Source of the DNA: a virus
Strand: one strand, 5' to 3'
Virus record (IMG/VR): IMGVR_UViG_3300045003_000166
Coordinates: 1-64,000 of that record
DNA length: 64,000 bases
The notes beneath the pieces are model-generated. The model saw nothing but the letters and a program-made list of their open reading frames with translations. It searched no databases and was not told the origin of the DNA. A program made the translations under genes and the position numbers. The stretch's first letter is position 1. Each line of letters opens with the position of its first letter. Positions 46,064-55,865 of this stretch are shown here, piece by piece.

Positions 46064-46360
46064 TCAGGCCTCTTTCTTTCTCAGTTGTTCGGCGAAGGCC
46101 TCGACGCGCAGCGTCAGCAGGACCACCGACTTGGTCAGTTCGTGCACGTCCGCCAGCAACGTGTCTGGGTCGAGTGACGGGCCCGGCGTCGCGGCCAGGG
46201 CGGTGCGCGCCTCCGCCAGGTTGAACCGGAAGTGGCCGCCGGGTGTCGTGTCGTGCGGCAGCCGGCCCAGGCGCACGTAGCGGCTGATCGTCGCGGAACT
46301 CAGATGCAGGATGTCGCCGAGCTGGCCGGAGGTCAGCGTCCGGGAAGGCGGAGTGCTCAC
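46064..46360 (-). CDS. second BldC-like MerR-type HTH
   Basis: LTSGQLGDILHLSSATISRYVRLGRL...TPGGHFRF. Confidence 0.75.
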   Translation of the reverse strand: MSTPPSRTLTSGQLGDILHLSSATISRYVRLGRLPHDTTPGGHFRFNLAEARTALAATPGPSLDPDTLLADVHELTKSVVLLTLRVEAFAEQLRKKEA

Positions 46361-47085
46361 GCCGCCTCCCTCCGCACACCTCTCGGCCTGGCCTTCGGGT
46401 CGTCGATCGTCTCGTCGTCCCATGCCTGGGGCGGAGCCCAGCCCCGCGACGCGGCGAGGTTGCGGGCCCTGGTCGCCGCCTGCGCCGTCATGCCGTACTC
46501 CAGCGGGTCCTTGTTCCACAGCTCCTCGTAGACTTCGCGGGCCCGGCGGTCCGTGAGGACCGTGACCCGGTCGGTGGGGCGCAGGAAGTTGGCCAGGGTG
46601 CGGCCGAACCGCCGGGCGAGGAAGGCGTGCGAGAAACCGACCGCCACCAGGGCTCTGGTCCTGCGGTGGAAGCCGGTCGCGTCCACCAGCTGGTGGTCGG
46701 CGAGCGCGGCGGACTCCGGCTCCAGGGCGAGCAGCGCCGCCGCGGTGCGCAGCCGGACCCTGGCCGAAGGCTCCCGGCCCGGCTTACCGTACAGGAGCGT
46801 GTTCAGCACCGAGGGCGACACCCCGGCCAGTCTCGCGATCCGGCGCCGGCCCAGTCCCGCCGCCCTCAGGCTGCGCACGTGTGCCCGCACGGGCTCGGCG
46901 TCGGTGAACGGCTTCCACTGCCCGTACGCGATCAGGCGGTTGCGGCGGTCGTCGTAGTCGGACCGCGCCGCGGCGCACGGGTAGCAGCGGCAACCGTGGA
47001 TCCGGTATCCGGCGTAGGTACCGTGTCGGAAGGTGGAGGATTCCCCCTCCCCCGAAGTCGGAACCGGCTCTCGGTTCTGCGTCAT
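46357..47085 (-). CDS. HTH DNA-binding protein with N-terminal Cys/His motif
   Basis: HG...GCRCYPC; LGRRRIARLAGVSPSVL; GWAPPQAWD. Confidence 0.7.
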   Translation of the reverse strand: MTQNREPVPTSGEGESSTFRHGTYAGYRIHGCRCYPCAAARSDYDDRRNRLIAYGQWKPFTDAEPVRAHVRSLRAAGLGRRRIARLAGVSPSVLNTLLYGKPGREPSARVRLRTAAALLALEPESAALADHQLVDATGFHRRTRALVAVGFSHAFLARRFGRTLANFLRPTDRVTVLTDRRAREVYEELWNKDPLEYGMTAQAATRARNLAASRGWAPPQAWDDETIDDPKARPRGVRREAA

Positions 47086-47221
47086 CGCAGGCCACCCGTC
47101 AGTTTCGCCAGCGGGCGGCGCAACAGGAACGCGGTCAGTACGAGCAGGCCGGCGGCGGATGTGGCGACCGCGACCAGCAGGGCGCGCTCTTCCGGGTCCG
47201 GCCGGTCCAGAACCGGCGTCC

Positions 47222-47581
47222 TCATCGCGCGTCCCAGGCGGCCCACACCGCGTGGTGGCCGGTGGGGGTGTTCCACTCGCCGGTGCGGTCCGACAGCTCG
47301 TCGACCAGGTTCAGGCCCCAGCCCCGCTGGTCGTCCGGACGCTCCGGGTCCAGCACCTCGAACGGGTTGGGGCCCGGGTCGACGACGATGACGCGCGCCC
47401 CGTACCGGTCCTGCTGCGCGATCACGCGCACGTCGCCGGGCAGGGCGTACTGGATGGCGTTGGTCGTCAGCTCCGAGAGCACCAACGCGGCGTTGTCCGC
47501 GATCTCGGCCGGGAAGCGGGAGGACACGGTCCGGCGCGCGTCGGACAGTGTGGTCGGCTCGCCGTTGAGCAGAAGCGTCAC
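47222..47581 (-). CDS. RsbW/SpoIIAB-like HATPase (anti-sigma factor family)
   Basis: LVLSELTTNAIQY, VVDPG, GWGLNLVDELS. Confidence 0.85.
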   Translation of the reverse strand: MTLLLNGEPTTLSDARRTVSSRFPAEIADNAALVLSELTTNAIQYALPGDVRVIAQQDRYGARVIVVDPGPNPFEVLDPERPDDQRGWGLNLVDELSDRTGEWNTPTGHHAVWAAWDAR

Positions 47582-48174
47582 TGAACTGCACCTTCCTCGA
47601 AACGAGAACCGGTTCCGGCCGGGGCGGAGGATGAGGGATCGCTTCCGCCCAGTGCCTCTTCCAGGAGTTCGGCAACGCGCTTGTGGGCTTCGAGCCAGCC
47701 GCCCATGAACTCGACGTCGTCCTTGTCCGACGTCGGAGCCTTCCTCAGCTCGGCGAGGACGTCCTCCACCCGGCGCAGCGCGAGCAGCGGATCCGGGCAC
47801 GGGATCTGCGCGCCCTCGGGGAGGGAGAAGCCGAACGCCGCGTCCACCAGGTCGATCGCGTGCTGGACGCCGACCGCGGTCTGGCCGTTGGCGATCTGCT
47901 CGGAGCGCTCCAGCTCCTGCTTCGTCTGGCGCAGCCGGAGGATCAGGATCTCCGCCCGTTCGCGGTGGCTGACCAGCGGCCACCAGCCGATCGGGCGCTG
48001 CTCTCGCGGCAGCTGGTCGATTGACATGGCCAGGTTCCGGGCGGCGCACGCCACCAGGTCCCGTGCGGGTTGCAACGCGTAGATCGTCTCGTCGCCGAGC
48101 CGGGCGAGCTGGAGGCGGGCGACAGCGCGCAGAAGGTCGGCCTCGCTCCGGCTGACGGAGGTGGACTCGTCCAT
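47578..48174 (-). CDS. hypothetical protein
   Basis: Coupled ORF. Confidence 0.6.
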   Translation of the reverse strand: MDESTSVSRSEADLLRAVARLQLARLGDETIYALQPARDLVACAARNLAMSIDQLPREQRPIGWWPLVSHRERAEILILRLRQTKQELERSEQIANGQTAVGVQHAIDLVDAAFGFSLPEGAQIPCPDPLLALRRVEDVLAELRKAPTSDKDDVEFMGGWLEAHKRVAELLEEALGGSDPSSSAPAGTGSRFEEGAVQ

Positions 48175-48844
48175 CAGATGTCACCTGCGGTTTCTTCGAA
48201 ACTTAAGGTGGTTCCGGCACTGGGGGAGGAAAAGGAACCGCCGTCCTCCCCGTGGTCGGCGGTGTCGCGCTCATATTGCTCGAGCAGCCTGCGCAGTTCG
48301 GCGTCGCGATCCGCGTCCAACGCCTTGATCTGGTCCATGACCCGCGTCGTGTAACGGTCCAGGTCCGCCTTGCGGCCGGAGATCTGTGCCGCATACCTGT
48401 CGTTGACCGCCTTGCGGTCGGCGAGCAGGCGCCGGAAGCGGTCCACTTGCCACACGTCCTCGGGCTCGAGCGGGCCGTCGGCCAGGACGCAGGTCGCGCC
48501 CGCCAGCGGGGAGGAAGAGGGATTCACCGTCTCGCGGACGGCCTGACGCACCGCGGGATCGTTCCAGGCGCCGTCCATCAGTCCGCGTCCGGGTCGCCGA
48601 TGAACGACAGAACCGTCAGGGCGTTCTGGCCCTCGTCGGTCAGCTGCAGGCACAGTGCGCCGTCGGTGGCGCGGACCGCCTCCAGCTGACCGGCCTGCAG
48701 CAGGTCGATGACGGCCAGGTCGAAGGCCGGGTCGTTGACGCCGCCCTCCGCGTGGTCGCCGGTGACGATTGCGTGCACGGCCTCGTCGACGGGCATCGGG
48801 GACACGACACACCTCCATGGGCGTGAAATCAGGTTTGTGTCCCC

Positions 48845-48873
48845 AGTATCGGGCTTACGTGACTATCCGTCAA
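48845..48873 (-). promoter_or_regulatory. first leftward early motif promoter
   Basis: TTGACGGATAGTCAC, 17-nt spacer, GATACT. Confidence 0.7.
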
Positions 48874-49192
48874 GACATATTGTCACATGATTCAAGATTC
48901 AACTACTTTAGTTCACGATTCAACCACTTCGGGCGCCCCTTACAGATCCTGAGCGTGGCTAACGGTTTATACCGGCCAGTAATACAACCAAGGTCCGGTT
49001 CCGGCAACTGAGAGCCGGTTTGGGATGAGGAAGAGGTTTCCTCAGCAGCTCCACTGTCAGTCAGCAGAATTTTTTATACGTCTACGTGTGTTGACCCTTT
49101 AGGGTGAACGTGCACGTTTAATGCGTTTTTGGTGGCTGGCGGAGCAGTGGCGGGCGCAACATCTTCCCCCACCCAAACCCTGTGCCGAATCA

Positions 49193-49244
49193 CCGGAACC
49201 GGCTCTCGGTTCCGGTCGCCGGTCAAACCGAGAGCCGGTTCCGG
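49193..49244. repeat. perfect 19-bp inverted repeat
   Basis: CCGGAACCGGCTCTCGGTT-N14-AACCGAGAGCCGGTTCCGG. Confidence 0.9.
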
Positions 49245-49293
49245 CTTTCAGGCAATTAGGACATACGTGGACGTAGACGTGTAAGCTGAACCT

Positions 49294-49518
49294 ATGCCTA
49301 GTAAGACCTTCTATGTGAAGCCCGTCCACGCCCAGCTCTTCGAAGAGGCCGAGGAGTACGGGCGCCGCACCGGCCGCTCCCTGTCCGACCTGATCGCCGA
49401 AGGCCTGCGCCTCGCCCTCGTCGAGCACGGCGTGCACGGTCCTGCGAAACCTGTGCCTAGCTACGTCCCCGCACCGCCGCGCGCTCCCGTCCCCAACCCG
49501 TTCGCCGCTACGGAGTGA
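49294..49518 (+). CDS. ribbon-helix-helix-like protein
   Basis: KTFYV beta-strand; GRSLSDLIAEGL. Confidence 0.6.
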   Translation: MPSKTFYVKPVHAQLFEEAEEYGRRTGRSLSDLIAEGLRLALVEHGVHGPAKPVPSYVPAPPRAPVPNPFAATE

Positions 49519-49941
49519 CCGCGTGGACGTCCCTCCTCCCGAACTCCATCGCCAGGACGTCCTGGAAACTGTGGCCGGCCTGAGCGGTTACTACTCCGGT
49601 ACCGATCTCTACGCGCGATACCGCACCCGCTGCGAGGTCAACGGTCGGCAGCCAGGAACTCACCAGCGCTTTTACCGGGAACTCGGTCGCCTCGGTTACT
49701 GCAAGCACGTGGTGTTCAACATCTCCTGCTATGTCATTGATTCGTCTGCCGAGCGGCACCCGGGTTCGATCGATCCGGTTCGTGCGATGACGGAGACGAT
49801 GGCCGCGGCCAGGGAGCGGCGTAGGACGACCGCGCCCCGGCGCAAAGTGCCGAAGCCGGAGACGAAGCGAAGGTTCCGCGTCCCCTACTCGGACTGACGC
49901 ACCGTCGACCCGCGGCGGTGTCCGTGTCTACACTGCTTGAC

Positions 49942-50232
49942 ATGGACACCGCCCAGTCCCGGATGTATGACGCCGACCAGGGCAGCATGAACTCCGGCTC
50001 CTGGTACACACCGCCGAACGACACCCCGGCCGACCAGCCGTTGCCCGTCGGCTCCCAGGTGACGCACGCCAAGTCGGGCGAGAGCGGCACCGTCACCGGA
50101 TACCTGGACCACCCGCACTCCGGCGAGCGCCTGCCCACCGTGCGGTGGGAGGGACAGCCGGCCCTCGGCGCCGCGCCCGACCAGGGCTACTCCCTCACCT
50201 CGCTGACCGGGCCGACCGGAAACAACGGATGA
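49942..50232 (+). CDS. small SH3/Tudor-like protein
   Basis: VGSQVTHAKSGESGTVTG; paralogue of 17537..17797. Confidence 0.6.
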   Translation: MDTAQSRMYDADQGSMNSGSWYTPPNDTPADQPLPVGSQVTHAKSGESGTVTGYLDHPHSGERLPTVRWEGQPALGAAPDQGYSLTSLTGPTGNNG

Positions 50233-50748
50233 CGACCGAGCAGCAGGAGGCGGCCGAGAACCTCCGGCGCGTTGTCGGCGAGTATCTCGAGGTGCACAGC
50301 CTGGGCCGCGGCGTCCTGACCGACATCGGCGTGGTCTGCGCCCAGCAGTACTTCGACAAGGGAACGCCGCACACCACCGTCGTCTCGCTGTATCCCGACG
50401 CTCCTCCCCACTACCGGCGCCTCGGCTTGCTCGAGTACGAGTGCACGCGGCTGCGCGCGGTCATCCGCGGCGCCGACGAGTTGACGGAGGATGAGGAGTG
50501 AACGAGGTCCGGCTCGTCGACCACTTCGCTCTGCGCAAGGAGGAGCTGGACAACCTCCGCGAGATCTGCGCGCCCGCCCTCGAGTACGGCGCCTCCCTCG
50601 CCCAGATCACCGGCTACCCGGTCCTCGTCGACCAGGAGGTTCCGGCCGGGATGCTCCGCGTGGTCGGTTCCGGCAGCCACGCCGACTACCCGCTGAACTG
50701 GATGACGCTGGACGCGTTACTGCGCCCGTGGAACCAGGGCGCGAAATC

Positions 50749-51186
50749 GTGAGGCGTGCCTGGACCGGGCCCGCGGTGTTCGGCGCCTTCGACGGAGCGG
50801 TCACGGTGCTCGGCGGGATGTTCACGCTGCTGCACTCTCCCAGGACGCTGGTGGAGACCGCCGCCGGCCTTGCGATCGCCGGCTTTTTCTCCATGGCCGC
50901 CGGGCAGTGGCTGGGGGATTCGGAGCACGGCCTGGGCGCGTCGCTCGCCATCGGTGCAGGGACCGCGGCCGGCACCTTCCTTCCCGCCGTCCCGTACCTG
51001 TTCGCGCATGGAGGATTCGCCTTCTTCCTGTCCCTCTTGCTGTACCTGGCCCTGGGTGGCGGCATCAGCGCCGCCCGCTCTCGCGACCGCGGCGCGGTGC
51101 GCGCCTCGCTGGAGACCGTGGGCCTGCTCGTCGTGTCGGGCGTGGCCGTGTGGTTGTGCTCCCTCGTCTTCGGAAGCAGTGGATGA
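50749..51186 (+). CDS. VIT1/CCC1-like membrane protein
   Basis: AVFGAFDG, FSMAAGQW, LPAVPY motifs; several TM helices. Confidence 0.7.
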   Translation: MRRAWTGPAVFGAFDGAVTVLGGMFTLLHSPRTLVETAAGLAIAGFFSMAAGQWLGDSEHGLGASLAIGAGTAAGTFLPAVPYLFAHGGFAFFLSLLLYLALGGGISAARSRDRGAVRASLETVGLLVVSGVAVWLCSLVFGSSG

Positions 51187-51533
51187 ACATGGAAACCTCC
51201 CTCAAGCCGTCAGTGGGACGGATTGTGCACTACCAGTCGCACGGCTCGGCGGACGGCACGTACCCGTCGGTGTGCCGGGCCGCGATCGTGACCGAGGTGC
51301 CCGAGACCTGGGACGCCCAGAGCGAGCGGGACATGCCGGTCGGCCTGTGCGTGCTCAACCCGACCGGGATCTTCCTGAACACAGGGATCCTCCACCACGT
51401 GCCGACCGAGGTGCAGGGCGATCCGGACTGCCCAGCCAAGGCGTCGCATGGTGATCCGTTCCGCTACTGCCAGTGCGGCTGGATCGAGGCGTCGCCGAAG
51501 GGCGGCACGTGGCACTGGCCCGAGCGCGTCTGA
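51183..51533 (+). CDS. hypothetical phage protein
   Basis: PSVGRIVHY...RAAIVT...VLNP...TWHWP; paralogue at 55622..55855. Confidence 0.65.
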   Translation: MNMETSLKPSVGRIVHYQSHGSADGTYPSVCRAAIVTEVPETWDAQSERDMPVGLCVLNPTGIFLNTGILHHVPTEVQGDPDCPAKASHGDPFRYCQCGWIEASPKGGTWHWPERV

Positions 51534-51828
51534 CCATGCGACTCGCGAAGGAGATCCGCGTCGACCGGGACGAGCGCGGCGCGCCACAAATCACGATCGA
51601 CGGCGAGACACTGCCGTGGTTCACCGCAGGGATCGTGACACCGGCGCCGAGCCTGGACGAGGTGCCCACGGTGACGATCACGATTCCGGCCGAGAAGGTC
51701 GTGGTCGAGAACCGGGCCACGCCGTCGGCCTCGTATCTGCGAAGGGTGTCGGGAGCCGCGTACCGGTGCGGCCACCCGGCCTGTCTCGGTGTTCACATCA
51801 CGGACAACGAGCAGTGTTGCTGACCAAT

Positions 51829-51844
51829 TAGAACACTAGTTCTA
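51829..51844. promoter_or_regulatory. LexA/SOS-box-like palindrome
   Basis: TAGAAC-ACTA-GTTCTA overlapping -10 TATCCT. Confidence 0.55.
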
Positions 51845-51855
51845 TCCTGGCGGAT

Positions 51856-52158
51856 GTGACCGGGAAACCTCCGCCCCTGACCAGGATCGCGCGCGGCGAG
51901 GCCGAGCGCTTTCCCAAGGAGCGGATCCGCAGCGTGGACCGGCCCGCGGTCTACTGGGACGGCGAGGCCTTCGTCCCTGCCCGGATCACCGGCTGGATCC
52001 GCTACTACGGCGAGCTGTTCGTGCGCCTGCGCACTCGCAGGGACGTGTGGCGCGACCGCGAGGACTGGTACGTCTGGGCGCCCGGCCACCTCATCGTCGT
52101 ACGCCCCGATCCCATGGACCGCAAGGACTGGCTGCCGCCCCGGCCGTTCACAGGTTGA
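51856..52158 (+). CDS. hypothetical protein
   Basis: Leaderless GTG after TATCCT. Confidence 0.5.
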   Translation: MTGKPPPLTRIARGEAERFPKERIRSVDRPAVYWDGEAFVPARITGWIRYYGELFVRLRTRRDVWRDREDWYVWAPGHLIVVRPDPMDRKDWLPPRPFTG

Positions 52159-52537
52159 CGAAAAGTCAACACCTTGAGGACAATGGCCATGCCATGGAAT
52201 ACCGCTGGGGCGAACTGTTCGACGGCCGGCCGCACGTCTACCGAGCCGGCCGCGACTTCGACATGCCGCCGGCCGACTTCGCCCGCCTGGTGGAGCAGAA
52301 GGCGGAGGAGAACGGCCTGGGTGTCGCCGTGCGCATCGACGGGCAGTTCGTCGCCATCCACGCGCTGCCGATCGCGGAGCGCAACCTCGCCCCCAGCGAG
52401 GCGATGGAGGCCCGCATCGACGAGGCGATGGCGTTGCGCGCCCAGGGCTGGACGTATCGGGCGATCGGCGAGCACTTCGGCGTGGACATCCAGGTAGCCC
52501 GGCGCCTGATTCTGCGCGAGCAGGGACGGCGGGAGCG

Positions 52538-53050
52538 ATGACCACCACCGACATCCAGCCCGCGTTCACCGTCGAGGGCGCCGACGACATCCGGGCCCGG
52601 CAGCGGCGGGCGATGGAACTGCGCGCCCGCGCCTGGAGCCCACGCGAAATCGCGCAGGAGCTCGGGGTCACCACGCATGTGGTGTCCGCCTGGATTGCCG
52701 CGGCGGTGCGCGAGCACATCCCCACCGAGGTGCGCGAGCAGGTGCGCGCCCTGCAGCTGGACCGCTACGAGGTCCTGCTCAAGGCCTACTTCGAGATCCT
52801 CGCCACGTGCACCACCGTGGAGCAGCTGGAGAAGATCGGCCGGCTGTGCGTGCAGACGATGACCCGCATCGACGTCCTGGCCGGCACCGAGCGGCCGAAG
52901 GAGGTGCGCCTGGACGGCCAGATCGTGCCCATCGGCCAGCTGGACTTGGAGCTCGCGGAGATGATCCGGGAGGCGAAGGCGCGCGCCGCCGCCGAGGAGG
53001 CCGAGATCCGGGACGAGGACGACGAAGACGAGGACGTGTTCGATGGCTGA
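52538..53050 (+). CDS. terminase small subunit-like HTH protein
   Basis: AMELR...WSPREIAQELG; helical body; late region. Confidence 0.6.
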   Translation: MTTTDIQPAFTVEGADDIRARQRRAMELRARAWSPREIAQELGVTTHVVSAWIAAAVREHIPTEVREQVRALQLDRYEVLLKAYFEILATCTTVEQLEKIGRLCVQTMTRIDVLAGTERPKEVRLDGQIVPIGQLDLELAEMIREAKARAAAEEAEIRDEDDEDEDVFDG

Positions 53051-54198
53051 CACCGCGTACTGGTTCCAGCAGCTGGTCGCCGAGCGCGACGCCGAGTCGC
53101 CGGTCTACCGCCGCGGCCTGATCGCGTTCCTGGAGAACTTCGCCGCGGCCAATGGCAACGAACTGACCGACGCCGAGGTGGTGCGCTGGGACCACGACCC
53201 GGACCTGAACAAGCTGGTGCCGGCCGGGTTCGTCCTGTTGCGCGTGCAGGGCTGGGTGAGGGAGTTCGACGTGGACCTGGCGGACGACGATGCCGCGCCC
53301 GTGACGGAGGGACTGGGATGACCATGCAACCGGTCGGCCGGGCGATGGCCACCACCGCGCCCGCCGCCCACACGGTGGAGCTGGTGCGGGCCGAGGACGG
53401 CGCGCTCGAGCTGCGGCACGTGGAGTGCCGCGGGTCGTGGGTGGTCCCGATCGACGTGCTGGCCGGCCCGGTGACGATGCTCGACGTCATCCACACCGTG
53501 ATCGACCACAAGTGCGGCGAGTCCCAGGCCGCCGCACTTCCCCGAGCGGCCTGACGTGGCCGAGCCGAGGCGTGTGCGCCGCATCGCAGTCCCTTGTGAA
53601 GCTGTGCAGTGGGACGGCCGGAACATCGCCGAGCTCGAGCTGTTCGCGGGCGAGAAGTTCACCCATGCCACCGACGTGGATCTGGGCGACGACGGCGCCG
53701 CGATCCTGGGCGGCCGGTACCACTCCTGGGTGCCGCTCTATCCTGGGGACTGGGTCCTCAAGGCGTCGGACGGTTCGCTGTCCAAGGTCGACGACGAGGA
53801 GCTCCAGTCTGGATTCGAGGCGGCTCCGTGAGCTTCGACAACCAGACACCCAGGCCCAACGGCTGGCCCATGGACACCGGCGCGCCCGACGGCACCGGCA
53901 GCGCGCGCAACTACGTGAACCAGCCCAGCTCGCTGCGCTTCGACGTGCACCAGACCAACTCCCCCGGCCAGTTCCACGTTCGGTTGGGGGACAACACGGT
54001 GGGCTACGTCAACGAGTACCCGGACCCGCAACATGGCCGGCTGTACTCCGCCACCTTCCATCCGAAGGTGCTCGCGATGGCGACGCACCTGTCCCCTACC
54101 CGCAAGGGCTTCGTGTCGAAGGTCGACGCGGCCAACCACATCGCGGACAACTGCCGGGACATCGCCCAGATCGAGAACATCGGCGGTTGGAGGGCGTA

Positions 54199-54849
54199 GT
54201 GACAGACATCTACTACGACTGCGAGTTCGTCGAGGACGGCCGCACCATCGACCTCGTCTCGATCGGCATGGTGACCGACGACGAGCGCGAGTACTACGCC
54301 GTGTCGAGTGAGTTCGACATGAAGAGGTTCGCCGCAAACGACTGGCTGGTGGAGAACGTCTGGCCGTTGCTGCCGAAGATCCACGGCGACGCGCGCAACC
54401 ACATCCGGGCGCGCGGCTGGTTCGGCCGCCCGCGAGCGCGGCACAAGATCCTTAGTGATCTGTTCAACCCGTTCGCCGACGAGGTCAAGTACCGGGACAC
54501 GATCCGTGCCGAGGTCGGAGCGTTCATCGCGACCACGGACGACCCGCAGCTCTGGTCCTGGTATGGCGCCTATGACCACGTGGTGCTCTGCCAGCTCTTC
54601 GGCCGGATGATCCAGCTTCCCGACCGAGTCCCGATGTGGACCAACGACCTGCGCCAGGAGCAGGTCCGTCTCGGGGTTCCGGATGAGCAGATGCCGAAGC
54701 AGGCCGCGGGGCGTCACAACGCCCTGGCTGACGCGAAGTACCACCGCGAGATGGGCCGGTTCCTGCGCGAATACCGCAGGGACCTGACGTACGGCGGATT
54801 GATGCAGGCCGGTTACAGTGCCGCCGACGTCGAGGAACGGCCCAGATGA
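54199..54849 (+). CDS. DEDDh 3'-5' exoribonuclease (Rv2179c/RNase AS-like)
   Basis: YYDCEF..DG..IDLVSIG, WYGAYDHV, HNALADA. Confidence 0.88.
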   Translation: MTDIYYDCEFVEDGRTIDLVSIGMVTDDEREYYAVSSEFDMKRFAANDWLVENVWPLLPKIHGDARNHIRARGWFGRPRARHKILSDLFNPFADEVKYRDTIRAEVGAFIATTDDPQLWSWYGAYDHVVLCQLFGRMIQLPDRVPMWTNDLRQEQVRLGVPDEQMPKQAAGRHNALADAKYHREMGRFLREYRRDLTYGGLMQAGYSAADVEERPR

Positions 54850-55188
54850 CCGGTGCCTGGTGCGCACGGTTGCGCTGGTCGCCGGATGCGCTGCGGTCCG
54901 TGCTCGATGCTCTTCCCCCGGCACGGTGCCAGGCCAGGATGCTGGCGTGGCTGACCGAGGGCGGCAGCTCGGTGCCGTACCCGAGCGACCTCTACGCGTC
55001 GCGGCAGGGCGGCACGCTCACGGCCGAGATGCTGGATGCGCTGCTGGCGAAGGTCTACGAGAACGGCCGGCTGGGACCGAGCCAAGCGGAGCTCGACTAC
55101 TGGGTCGAGGAAGGGATGCGGCTGAGGGACAGGTACCTCGCCGCTGTTGAGCGGGAGCGACGGGTGCGGGAAGAGGAGGCAATCATCC

Positions 55189-55383
55189 ATGGCCCAGTCC
55201 GGAAGTAAGTCAGGGTCCGGTCACCGTGAGTCGCCCGGCCCGGATCACAGCAAGGCCCAGTGGCGATTCCTGTTCGCCACCCACAAACCGTTCGCGCGCA
55301 AGTGGGCGGAACAGGTAGTGGCCGAGCGCGGCAAGAAGACCGGTTACCGCTCGTTGCCGGAGCGGAAGGGCGTGCACAAGTGA
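55189..55383 (+). CDS. small basic phage protein
   Basis: GAGGAGG RBS; SKAQWRFLFA..P.ARKW. Confidence 0.55.
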   Translation: MAQSGSKSGSGHRESPGPDHSKAQWRFLFATHKPFARKWAEQVVAERGKKTGYRSLPERKGVHK

Positions 55384-55865
55384 CGCAGCTGGTCCAGCAC
55401 ACCGCGCCCAACCTGATGACCTGGTACTGGATCTTCTGGTTCACGATCGGGTTCGGCGTGCCCGAGGGGATCGCGCTCGCGACCAGGCACACCGAGTGGA
55501 CGCTGTCCTACCAGGTGTGGACATTGGAGGGCGCGTCCGGTTCGATCATGCAGTTCATCGTGGCGGCCTTTCTCGTCTGGCTGTTCCGCCACTTGGTGTT
55601 CCGGGACTGGAGGACGCTGCGGTGAGTGACGATATCCGGCCTCCGTTCCTTGCCGAGTCTGTGCACTTCGTCCACCGCGACGGCACGTGCCGAGCCGCGC
55701 TCGTGGCCAAGGTCTTCGGCACTGCGCATCGGCGTGCCTCAGTGTTCGTCCTCAATCCGGACTTCTACCACACAGAGTTCCAGGAGGCGGTCTTCAACCA
55801 GGACGGTATGGCCGGCACCTGGCACCACGTGGACACTGCGGTGCCGCAGCACTGATTATCAACGT

